DNA from: Eledone cirrhosa
Taxonomy: Eukaryota
Assembly (NCBI GenBank): GCA_964016885.1
Contig: OZ024759.1
Span: 19,964,001-20,028,000, forward strand
Direction: 5' to 3'
Length of the DNA stretch: 64,000 nt
Shown: positions 51,868-64,000 of the stretch, piece by piece
Numbering within the stretch: position 1 is the stretch's first letter
Layout of the letters: each line of letters opens with the position of its first letter
Notes under the pieces: generated by a model
Database searches by the model: none
The model's input: only the letters and a program-made list of their open reading frames with translations
What the model was told of the DNA's origin: nothing
Translations under genes and position numbers: made by a program

Positions 51868-52229
51868 ATCATCATCATCATCATCATCACCGTTTTACGT
51901 CCGTTCTTCCACGCTAGCATGGGTTAGACGGGTTGTCCTGTTGTGGGCAGTGTCTGGTCGGCTGACCATGCCTTGCTCATACAAGAACTGATTTGGCTTG
52001 ATTTCTACAGCTGGATGCCCTTCCTAACACCAACCTCATTTACAGTGAGTGCTGGGTGCTTTTTTTTCCGTGGCGCCTACACGTCCACTTTACAGTGTGG
52101 GCTGGATGCTTTTTTGCCGTGGCACCTCCACGACCACCTTGCGGTGGGGGGTGTGGGGGCATATTGTCTATATGCTTCAGCTTGTACCCATGGGAGGTCG
52201 GGTACTCTGTATTACTGCGTGACGTCAGA

Positions 52230-52230
<1 letters not shown>
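51868..52230 (-). mobile_element. SINE-A/RTE-type 3' tail fragment
   Basis: CTGGATGCCCTTCCTAACACCAACC block and a (CAT)n end. Confidence 0.7.
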
Positions 52231-52260
<30 letters not shown>

Positions 52261-52395
52261 GTCATACATAATTTAGTTTGCAGCATGAATGGATACAGAA
52301 TAGATACAAAAGTTACTAGGCCAGCTAAATCCACCTCACTATTCTCGCGCTACCAATAACTCAAAGAACTCTGCATATATAAAGATGATGATGAT

Positions 52396-52455
<60 letters not shown>

Positions 52456-52516
52456 GTGTGTGTGTATGTGTGTGTATACATATATATATATGTGTGTCTG
52501 TGAATATATATATATA

Positions 52517-52554
<38 letters not shown>

Positions 52555-52687
52555 TCATCATTTAACGCCTGCTTTCCTTGCTAGCTAGGGTATATATATA
52601 TATATATATATATATTTACATATGTGTATATATATATAAGGAAACAAAGCTAGAGTATGGATAGAGGTGAAGGAAGAAAACACACAG

Positions 52688-52718
<31 letters not shown>

Positions 52719-53372
52719 ATATATACATATATAATATACACACACATATATATATATATATATATAATATATACATATATAATATACACACACATATATA
52801 TATATATAATATATACATATATAATATACACACACACATATATATATATATAATATATACATATATAATATACACACACATATATATATATATAATATAT
52901 ACATATATAATATACACACACATATATATATATATAATATATACATATATAATATACACACATATATATATATATATATAATATATACATATATAATATA
53001 CACACACATATATATATATATAATATATACATATATAATATACACACAGATACATATATATATATATAATATATACATATATAATACACACACACACATA
53101 TATATATATATATATGTATAAAGACAAAGCTATATTATCATTATTTCCTTGGGAAGAATTTCATGGAGAAAATCTGGCAGCCTCTCGACTATGTTGAATA
53201 TTTGATGCTTTTTATAGCTCTTCCATATATTTCTTGCATTTACCAAAGCTAAAATGCAGGAATTTCTTGAGGAAGTTCAGAAACCAAATGGTAAAATGGT
53301 AAAATGGATCTGGGAGGAAGTCAAAAAAATAAACTGTAACATACAAGAACAACATAATAATAATAGTAGCAA

Positions 53373-53425
<53 letters not shown>

Positions 53426-53476
53426 TTTATTTATTTATTTATTTATTTATTATTTTTTATTTATTTTTTTATTTTT

Positions 53477-53511
<35 letters not shown>

Positions 53512-53778
53512 TTTCTAGTAGTAATAACTGTTTCTACTTTTGGCACAAGGCCAGCAATTACCCCAGTGCATTACTGGTACTTTATTTTATCGACCCCGTA
53601 AGGATGAAAGGCAAAGTTAACCTCAGCGCAAGTAATAATAATAATATAGTAGTAGTAGTAATAATAATAATAGAAATGGTAATAGTAATAATAATATCAT
53701 GGATATTTTTTTTGTTTTATTTTTATTTTTTTTTTGGTGGCGTGGGTTATTTTTTTTTTGGAGGGGGGAAGAATTTAC

Positions 53779-53806
<28 letters not shown>

Positions 53807-53809
<3 letters not shown>

Positions 53810-53965
53810 GGAAAAAGTATAACCCCGACGGCAGAGCTCAGGCCGTTTCGACAGAGCTCTGCCGTCGGGGTCATACTTTTTCCTATTTCCCACTCTACTA
53901 CCCTAAGTATTGAGTACTCTGGTGCATTATGGTCCATCTGGTTCTTTACCGCAATTCCTTTGTTA
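53807..53965 (+). mobile_element. Penelope-like fragment with a 33-bp fold-back in (TA)n
   Basis: Arms 53807-53839 / 53854-53886 with one mismatch. The 3' end GTATTGAGTACTCTGGTGC.. is shared with 21746-21803. Confidence 0.55.
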
Positions 53966-53967
53966 TA

Positions 53968-54001
<34 letters not shown>

Positions 54002-54439
54002 TTATTTATTTTGGGTGAATTTGGGGAAGAGGGTAAGAGTGTGTGTATGTGTGAGTGAATGTGTGTGTAAATGTATGTATGTGTATATGTGCATATATGT
54101 GTTTATATGTGTTGTTTGTCTGTGTGAGTGTGTATATATGTGTATGTATATATTTGTCTGTGTGAGTGTGTATATATGTGTATATATATATATATATCTT
54201 TGTCTGTGTGTGAGTATGTGTATATATGTGTATATATATATATATATATATCTTTGTGTGTGTGTGTGTGAGTATGTGTATATATGTGTATGTGGTGGGG
54301 TGTATTTGATGTGGAGGTGTTATTGGTGGGTACAATTGAGGTGAGTTGATCTTGAGAGTTACGCAAAGGGCAGTAAGTTTTGGCACAATTGAGGTGAGGT
54401 GAGCGAACAGGTTCTTGGGAGAGGATGGATAGGAGGTTA

Positions 54440-56360
54440 GATAAGTGGGTGAGGTCAGTGGTTAGCTGGTGAGGTCAGTGGTTAGATGGTGGGTCAGTGG
54501 TTAGATGGTGGGTCAGTGGTTAGATGGTGGGACAGTGGTTAGCTGGTGGGACAGTGGTTAGATGGTGAGGTCAGTGGTTAGATGGTGGGACAGTGGTTAG
54601 ATGGTGAGGATAGTGATTAGCTGGTGAGGGCAGTGGTTAACTGGTGGGGTCAGTGGTTAGATGGTGAGGGCAGTGGTTAGATGGTGAGTTCAGTGGTTAA
54701 ATGGTGAGGGCAGTGATTAGATGGTGAGGTCAGTGGTTAGCTGGTGAGGGCAGTGGTTAAATATTGAGGGCAGTGGTTAGATGGTGAGGGCAGTGGTTAG
54801 CGTGTGAGTTCAGTGGTTAGATGAGAGGTTAGTGGTTAGATGGTGAGATCAGTGGTTAAATGGTGAGGGCAGTGGTTAGATGGTGAGGGCAGTGGTTAGC
54901 TGGTGAGGGCAGTGGTTAGCTGGTAAGTTCAATGGTTAGATAGCGTGGGCAGTGGTTAGATGGTGAGGTCAGTGGTTAGATGGTGAGATCAGTGGTTAGC
55001 TGGGTGGGACAGTGGTTAGCTGGGTGAGACAGTGGTCAGATGGTGAGGGCAGTGGTTAGATGGTGAGTTCAATGGTTAAATGGTGAGGGCAGTGGTTAGG
55101 TGGTGAGGGCAGTGGTTAGCTGGTGAGTTCAGTGGTTAGATGAGAGGTCAGTGGTTAGATGGTGAGGTCAGTGGTTAGATGAGAGGTCAGTGGTTAGATG
55201 GTGAGATCAGTGGTTAGCTGGGTGGGACAGTGGTTAGATGGTGAGGTCAGTGGTTAGATGGTGAAGTCAGTGGTTAGATGGTGGGACAGTGATTAGCTGG
55301 TGAGGATAGTGGTTTGCTGGTGAAGTCACTGGTTAGCTAGTGAGGTTAGCAGTTAGCTGGTGAGGTCAGTGGTTAGCTGGTGAGATTAGTGGTTAGCTGG
55401 TGAGGGCAGTGGTTAGATGGCGAGTTCAATGGTTAAATGGTGAGGGCAGTGGTTAGGTGGTGAGGGCAGTGGTTAGATGGTGATGTCAGTGATTAGATGG
55501 TGAGGTCAGTGGTTAGATGGTGAGGTCAGTGGTTAGATGGTGAGGGCAGTGGTTAGCTGGTGAGGGCAGTGGTTAGATGGTGATGGCAGTGGTTAGATGG
55601 TGAGGTCAGTGGTTAGATGGTGAGGTCAGTGGTTAGATGAGGGCAGTGGTTAGCTGGTGAGGGCAGTGGTTAGCTGGTGAGGGCAGTGGTTAGCTGGTGA
55701 GGGCAGTGGTTAGCTGGTGATGGCAGTTGTTAGATGGTGAGGATAGTGGTAAGCTGGGTGGGACAGTGGTTAGATGGTGAGGGCAGTGGTTAGATGGTGA
55801 GGGCAGTGGTTAGCTGGTGATATCAGTAGTTAGATGGTGGGGGCTGTGGTTAGATGGTGGGTATAGTGGTTAGCCGGGTGGGACAGTGGTTAGATGGTGA
55901 GGTCAGTGCTTAGCTAGGTGGGGGTAGTGTTTAGGTGGGTGGAGTAGTGGTTATCTTGGGAGGTGGGGTTAGCTGGTGTGGATAGTTGTTAGCTGGGTGG
56001 GGTAGTGGTTATCTTGCGAGGCAGGGTTAGCTGGTGGGGTGAGGTTAGCTGGTGGGGGCAATAGTTATCTGGGTGGGGTGGGTAGCGGTTAGCTGGGGGA
56101 GGGCGCAGTAGTTAGCTGGGTGGGGTAGTGGTTAGTTAGTGGTGGTGGGGTTAGCTGGTGTGTAATGGTTAGCTGGGTGGGGTAAGGTTATCTTGCGGGG
56201 TGGCGTTAGCTGGGTGGGGTAAGGTTATCTTGCGGGGTGGGGTTAGCTGATGGTGGTTGTGTTAGTTGGGTGGGGTAAGGTTATCTTGCGGGGTGGGGTT
56301 AGCTGGTGGTGGTGGTGTTAGCTGGGTGGGGTAAGGTTATCTTGCGGGGTGGGGTTTTAG
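54440..56360. repeat. ~20-bp G-rich minisatellite (CAGTGGTTAGATGGTGAGGG), ~75 copies, degenerating rightwards
   Basis: Direct inspection. Confidence 0.93.
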
Positions 56361-56739
56361 TTATTAATATTTTTTACATTTCCTAGATATTTTGGCACAA
56401 ACTATTGAGTAAACACCTTCGGAACTGGATACTTACTAATGGTGGAGGGGAGGAGGGGTTAATGAGATTTTGTGTTTAAGTTATTTCTGAGTGGACTTTG
56501 GTGGTGTTGGGGGGGGGGGGTGTTAGGGGTGGTGTTGGTGGTGGTGTTGGTGGTGGAGTTGGGGGTGATGGTGTTGTTGGAGTGGTGTTGTGGTTGTTGG
56601 TGGTGGTGGTGGTGTTGGTGTTGGTGATATTTGTGTTATTGTTGTTGTTGGTGTTGTTAGTGTTGTTGTTTTTGTTGGTGTTGTTGTTGGTATTGCTGTT
56701 TTTGTTGGTCACCTTCGTGTTGTTATTGTTGGGGTGGTG

Positions 56740-56771
<32 letters not shown>

Positions 56772-57454
56772 GGTGGTGGTGTTATTGTTGGCAGTGTTGT
56801 TAGTGATGTTGGTGTTGTGGATGGTGGAACTGGTGTTTGTATTTTTGGTGATGGTGGTATTATTGTTATTGGTGGTGTTGTTGTTGTTGTTGTTGTTGGC
56901 AGTGGTGATAGTGCTAATGATAGTGTTGGTGATGATGTTGTTGGTGGTACTGTTCTTACTGTTGTTATTTTTGTTTGCTTTTTTAATCTGACGCCACAAC
57001 GACTCTGTCAAATTTACCACCTGGTAAGAGGAATATTAATAAAACGAAAACACAAAAAATAAACAAAACATGAATTATATTTTCACAGGTCCCACAAGTA
57101 TTGATTGAATTACTAGCTATATTAATAGGGAGTGGAGGGTTATGGAGGAGCAGGGGTTGGAGGATTCTGGGGGCTTGTGAGGGGATGGGGATGAGGGATT
57201 TATGGGGGACAAGTGTTGGGGATGTTGTGTAGCGATGGGAATGTGTGTGTCATTTCAGGAATAAATTTAATACTACAAAAAATTAAGTAGTATGCGTTGA
57301 ACTTGCCTATCCCCACATGGTAAAGGATCTTGGTATGATACTTTTCCATGTGGGGGGCCAAGTACATACTTATATACTTACATGTGGGATTAAGGGCAAT
57401 TATATTTTTCCCATGTGGCAACAGAGGTTGTGATTGGTGGTGGTGTTGGTGGTG

Positions 57455-58240
57455 GCAGTGGGGATTAGAGTTTTTTGTTGTAATTTACCTCACCTTCAGT
57501 TCCCCCTCCCTTGTATCGCAGCGGGTGGTGGTGGTGGTGGGGATATTAGGGGTTTTGTTATGATTAGCTTACCTTCAGTTTCCCACGTGACAGCAGCAGC
57601 TGGGGGGGAGGTTGATGGTGGGGATATTAGGGGTTTTGGTTGCAATTACCTCACCTTCAGCCCCCCCCCCGATGAGTCGGCACCAGTTGGTGGTGGGGAT
57701 ATTAGGGGTTTTTGTTGTAATTATTTCACCTTCAGCCCCCCCCCTGTCAGCAGTTGGGGTGGTGGTAGTGGTGGAAATATTAGGGTTTTTTTGTTGTAAT
57801 TATCTCACCTTCAGTTCCTCCCTCCATGTGTCATCAGCAATTGGGCCTGGTGTTTGGTGGTGGGGATAAGGGTTTTTGTAGTAATACCTCACCTTTAGTT
57901 TCCCATGTGTCGGCAGTCTTTGGGGGTGGGATGATTAGGGGTTTTTGTTGTAATTACCTCACCTGTAGTTTTCCATATCGGCAGCATTTAGGGCTGGGGT
58001 CGGGGGTAGGGTTAGTGGTTGGGATTTTAGGGGTTTTTGTTGTAATTACCTTAACTTCAGCCCCCCCCCCCTCATGTCGGTAGCGGGTGGGGTGATGGGG
58101 TGATTAGGTTTTTTTTGTTGTAATTACCTCACCTTCAGTTCCCCCCCTCCCAATGTTGACAGCAGTTGAGAGTGAGGTAGGTGGTGGTGGTGGGAATATT
58201 AAGGGTTTGTGTTGTAATTACCTCACCTGTAGTTTCCCAG
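57455..58240. repeat. 10-unit array with a conserved ~35-bp core and variable linkers
   Basis: Core TTAGGGGTTTTTGTTGTAATTACCTCACCTTCAG at ~70-95 bp spacing. Confidence 0.85.
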
Positions 58241-59032
58241 GTGAAGGTTAGAGTACTGGCCCTTATCTTCAGGATCTTTTGTTGTCGATGATAAATTTTG
58301 TTGATTAAATTATAAATTTTTGCAGATAAAATTACGAGATTATCTCATAAGAATGTATTAATATTCTTAAAATTGATAGTTTTTACCGAGAAAAATGGTG
58401 GGTGGTGGTGGGGGCGTGGTGGTCGTGATGATGATGGTGGGGGGGGGGGTGAGGGGGGTGTTGGTGGTGGTGATGGTAGTGATGGTGTAGGTGTGAGGGT
58501 GAGGTTGGTGGTGATGATGGTGGTGCTGAGGGTGAAGAGGGTGGTGGTGGTAGTGATGGTGGTGGTGAGGGTGGTGGTGGTGGTGGGCTTTGAAAGAGAA
58601 CCTGTACATGTATGCATTCATATGTGCATATATACATATATGTATACATGGAAGTTATGTTGTGTAATTGTCTCCGTGTGTACATGTGTGTGTGTATGTA
58701 TTTGTTTGTATATGTTTGTGTGCATGTATGTTTGTGTGTATGTATGTTTGTGTGAATATGTATGTGTGTATATGTATATAATGTACACATATATATATAT
58801 ATATAGTTGAAAATGAACAAAACACAGGAAGCAACTGTATATATATACACACACACATGTATATATATATATATAGACACACATGTATTATGTATGTGTG
58901 TATATATATATATATATACATTTATATCATCATCATCATCGTTTAACATCTATCTTCCATGCTAGCATGTGTGTATATTTATATATATATATATACATGT
59001 ATGTATTATGTATGTGTGTATGTGTATATATA

Positions 59033-59081
<49 letters not shown>

Positions 59082-59134
59082 GTATGTATTATGTATGTGT
59101 GTATGTGTGTATATATATTTATGTATATATATAT

Positions 59135-59183
<49 letters not shown>

Positions 59184-59219
59184 TATACATGTATATATAT
59201 ATACATATATATATACATG

Positions 59220-59314
<95 letters not shown>

Positions 59315-59413
59315 TATGCAAGCAAGACAACCACTCTTGCTTCAAGTGGGAAAACTCCTGTCCAAACCCATGCAAGCGTGGAAGATGGACGTTAAACGAT
59401 GATGATGATGATG

Positions 59414-59466
<53 letters not shown>

Positions 59467-59467
59467 G

Positions 59468-59498
<31 letters not shown>

Positions 59499-59513
59499 GT
59501 ATATGTATATATG

Positions 59514-59544
<31 letters not shown>

Positions 59545-59651
59545 GTATATATATATGTATATATGTATATGTATATATGTATGTATATATGTATGTATAT
59601 ATATATGTATATATATATGTATATATATATGTATATATATATGTATATATG

Positions 59652-59682
<31 letters not shown>

Positions 59683-60249
59683 GTATATATATATACACGC
59701 ATATATATATATATATATATACACACATACATAACATCCTAATGCCTGTTTGACCCCCTGCTGTTATATCTGTCCTTAATCCCCACATTTATATAATCCC
59801 TTGAACCCTGTTTCACCTAACTGATTGCTTCAGACAGTATTGAACAGATATTGACCTCACCATTGAAGAGGGCACATACATACATAGCTTCACACATACA
59901 CACATACACACATACACACATACATATATACATATATATAGACGCACACATACATACATATATATATATATTGATACACACATACATACATACATTGATA
60001 CACACATACATACATACATAGCTACACACATACATACATATATAGATGCACACATACATACATATATATATATATTGATACACACATACATACATACACA
60101 CATACATACACACACATACATACACATACATACACGCACATACAAATTCACATATATATGGCTTGAAAAGCCATATATATACATACATACATATATATAT
60201 ACATACATATATATATATATATATACATACATACATATATATATATACA

Positions 60250-60636
60250 TGGTGGCTGCCAACTCGTTTTCGAGTACGGCCACTACTTTATATCCATGTA
60301 GGAGAACCCCTACCGATGCGCTGAACGAGTGTGACTTTTTAGTCCAGCCAGCGACTTGAAAACTCTGGTACAAAGACTACACTTGTGACAATTATTGATA
60401 CATAGTGCTGGGCCCATGGTACCATGTGACAACAAGTGCAGAGAGATCTCCAGATATAAAGCAATGCCTGTGCCGTGAAGCTTTTATAGTGAGCAAAGGC
60501 ACTGCACAAAGCCAGTCCCACTCTCTTAACCAAGATGATATTTACCAAAAAGAAGAACAAGTCAACATCATTGGATACCATCAGGGTTGCAGGTGTTATA
60601 TCAGAGTTTTCCTCCTCCTAGAATTCTGCCTTGACA
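60250..60636 (-). mobile_element. non-autonomous RTE derivative, copy 4, 5'-truncated
   Basis: Reverse complement of 51123-51509. Confidence 0.85.
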
Positions 60637-60744
60637 CATAGATGCTCCATATATACTCTCCTCCTTCACCACAAGAACAACCACTGCAAGATAACAACAA
60701 TAATATTTAGCAGCCAATGATTTTTATTAATAGAGGCACACATA

Positions 60745-61630
60745 GGAGGTGTGTCAGAAAGGTTCCAGGACTGATGTCACAAAAGATTTATTTCAAACCC
60801 AAACTTCACACTAAGAATTTTCTCCTTCAAAGTAATCCCCCTGGAGTATGTAACTGTAATCTTAGCTCTCTGCAGCGATCAAACTTTTTTCTTCATAATT
60901 TTATATACATGTCCTCTGTTTCAGGTCCTCAAGCAATGAGCACAGAGCAACAAACAAACTTGAAGTTTCTGGTATGGTTGGGGAAAACTCCGTCAGAAGC
61001 ACTGGGATTGCTGCAGCAAGTGTATGGAGATGAGACGATGTCACGCTCACAGGTTTTTGAGTGATGCAAGATGACCCCAGGAGCGGAAGGCCCTCAACAA
61101 CCAGGACTGAGGTCAACGTTGAGTGCGTCAGGCAGATGGTGCGTAGCGATCGTCGGCTGACTGTTCGACTAATGGCAAATGAGCTGGGCATGTGTCGGGA
61201 CAGCGTCTGGAAGATTCTCACTGAAGATTTGGACATGCGGAAAGTCTGTGCGAAGATGGTGCCAAAACTGCTGAACGATGACCAGAAGGGTCGACTCATG
61301 CAAGTGTGCCAGGACATCCTCGAGCGTCTTGAAACCGAACCAGACTTGCTAGGGACAGTCATCACCGGTGATGAGTCATGGATCTTCAAGTACGACCCAG
61401 AGGAGACCCATTTTGAAGACGTGGATGACATCAAAAAGGCCGTGACGACGGAACTGTGGAGGATCCCGGAAGAATCCTTCCAGGAGTGCATGCAAGCGTG
61501 GCAGAAAAGGATGGAAAAGTGCATTAGACTCCAGGGGGATTACTTTGAAGGAGAAAACTCTTAGTGTGAAGTTTAGGTTTGAAATAAATCTTTTGTGACA
61601 TCAGTCCTGGAACTTTTCTGACACACCTCG
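60745..61630 (+). mobile_element. internally deleted mariner with 103-bp TIRs and TA TSD
   Basis: TA at 60743 and 61631. Transposase remnants read EQQTNLKFLVWLGKTPSEAL..DDPRSGRP..KMVPKLL..TGDESWIFKYDPEET|HFEDVDDIK..QGDYFEG*, with the catalytic core deleted. Confidence 0.93.
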
Positions 61631-62027
61631 TACATTCTGTTTTCAGTTAGAATCACCCCAGATTCTATGTACACCTTTTTGACTTTTATATGTGTATTTA
61701 GTCGAAAAGTTTCTTTCTGTCCTATGTTACCATATTTTGCCATCTTTTCTTTTTTCGTTTGGATCCCGTGTACATTTGTGTCAATGATCTTAACTTTTGA
61801 AGCACAGAAATCATAATGATCTTAAGTGGTTAGCTGATGATTAAGGGAATTCTCCATGTTCTTGTTGCATGTGTTTTTATTATATAGTGTGTGTGTGTAT
61901 ATATTTAGATAGACACAAAACCTTTAAAGGGGTTTTGAACTTTTGAATTCAGGCCACAAATAACTGGAACAAATAGCACAAGATATTTTATCCTGAGCTT
62001 TCCACATTTTTCATATTTACAGACAGA

Positions 62028-62096
<69 letters not shown>

Positions 62097-63309
62097 TCAC
62101 ATATATATAGATATATACTCACATACACACACACACACATATATATATATGTATAGATATATATATACTCACATACATATATATGACATACACACATTTA
62201 TTATATATAACAAACATGTATAAAGATATATTTACTTATTATATACAAACATATATACATACACACATGTATACTTTCATTCATACATACATGTATTATT
62301 TTGTATGTGTAAGAAATTAATGTACATGTAGATCCTCCATTTTTATCCCTGAAGAGGAAAATAACCTGATTAAATCCTCCTTTCAACCTAGATGTCTCCA
62401 TGAACTTACCCAGTAATTTCTTACTTATCATTAGACACCATTTCCCAAACACCAAACACAGAATACCACAAGCTCTTTAATGTCCATAATATTAAGGTAA
62501 GTTACTCATGACTAGATACCATTGCTTACAACATTGCACACTACAATAGAAAGTAGTACACATACATACAAACGCACACACACACACACATGCTGCCCCT
62601 ATGCCAGGGGTACATTCAACTGCTGTAATCAACCAAGTAGCTTCTGCTTTCCCACGGCAGTGATTTATAGTGAAACCTCAAACCTCATTCCATCTGGTGA
62701 TATTCTGATGAACTACATGGGTTTCACAGCCAATAAGTTCAGAGGAAAGTTCTTTCAGCACATGTACTCCATCATATGTGGAAAATTGACCTATTTAGCA
62801 TTTGAAGTATATTTAACAAGGCCTTTCCTTATTCATCTGGAGCATATAACTGCTGCCTTTGTCTCTCAGAGAAAATACACGTATTTCAACAGTTCACAAG
62901 TGTCACGGTTTATTGACTTAAAAAAGGAAATGAGGTGTTGGGAAATATAGTCTTAAACCTAATCCTAAATAGACAGGTTGGGGAAAGCTTGAGTGATTTT
63001 CATTATCGGGCTAACAACTCCTCTAAATACGACATGCACACATACATATAAGCTCACACAAACATCTTCAACAACAACACAACCAGAAGCAACACACACT
63101 CACATGCAAACATAAATACCCCCCTCCTCTAAAAAAAGGGGAATATAAACAATACTGAAAAAAATGCTGTAATGAACGTAGAGCCTTTTACGATAATACT
63201 ACAACCACCCCCACCACCACCACCATCATCATCAACACCACCAACTCCACCATCATCAACAACAACATCACCACCACCACCACCAACAACAACATCACCA
63301 CCACCAACA

Positions 63310-64000
63310 CTATCACCTACTTTCTCCCACCTACTCTCTCTCCTCCCCCTACTTTCTCCCACCTACTCTCTCCTCCCCCTACTTTCTCCCACCTACTCTC
63401 TCCTCCCCCTACTTTCTCCCACCTACTCTCTCCTCCTCCTACTTTCTCCCACCTACTCTCTCCTCTCCCCTCTCCTCCCCCTACTTTCTCCCACCTACTC
63501 CCTCCACTCCCCTCTCCTCCCCCTACTTTCTCCCACCTACTCTCTCCTCTCCCCTCTCCTCCCCTACTTTCTCCCACCTACTCTCTCCTCTCCCCTCTCC
63601 TCCCCCTACTTTCTCCCACCTACTTTCTCCCACCTACTATCTCCTCTCCACCCCTACTTTCTCCCACCTTCTCTCTCCCCTATCCATCTCTCTTACTCCC
63701 TACTTGCTCTCACTCTCTCTCACTCTCCACTCATCTCCTCTCTTATCTCTCTCTCTCCATTCCTCTCCTTCTCATCTCTCCTGCTCTCTTTCTTATCTCT
63801 GTCTCTCTCTCATCTCTCACTTTCTCTCTCTCTCATCTGTCACCCTCTCTCTCTCATCTCTGCCCCTCTCTCTCTCTCTCATCGCTGCTCCTCTCTCTCT
63901 CTCATCGCTGCCCCTCTCTCTCTCTCATCTCTGCCCCTCTCTCTCTCTCATCTCTGCCCCTCTCTCTCTACCATCTCTGCCCCTCTCTCTCTACCATCTC
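63310..64000. repeat. 30-bp pyrimidine minisatellite followed by a (CT)n compound repeat
   Basis: CCTACTTTCTCCCACCTACTCTCTCCTCCC units, then ATCTCTGCCCCTCTCTCTCTC units. Confidence 0.92.

Noticed and set aside
57455-58240. CRISPR-like repeat/spacer layout
   Set aside because: The linkers are related to one another and vary mainly by homopolymer runs. The context is eukaryotic with no cas genes.
62522-62950. 142-aa ORF in mostly unique sequence
   Set aside because: It has no ATG start, no recognisable domain and no clear splice context.

Overview
Repeat-saturated, AT-rich animal genomic DNA. The dense (TA)n/(CA)n/(CAT)n/(CCA)n microsatellites and the tRNA-SINE, RTE and TTAA-MITE families resemble octopus/cephalopod DNA (inference). 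No host protein-coding gene can be supported, and almost all ORFs in the track are microsatellite artefacts. Recognisable elements are two decayed mariner transposons, RTE LINE 3' fragments with C2H2 zinc fingers, four copies of a ~610-bp non-autonomous RTE derivative, L1/Tx1-like 3' fragments, two tRNA-derived SINE families, TTAA (piggyBac-type) MITEs that seeded satellites, two non-autonomous Helitrons and many minisatellites. The most notable signal is a set of small fold-back (palindromic) insertions in (TA)n tracts, clustered at 36.1-38.2 kb with relatives at 21.5-21.9, 25.1, 41.3-41.8 and 53.8 kb. Several carry minimal type I hammerhead ribozymes with a palindromic helix III, as in Penelope-like elements, and two carry a complete ribozyme in both polarities.
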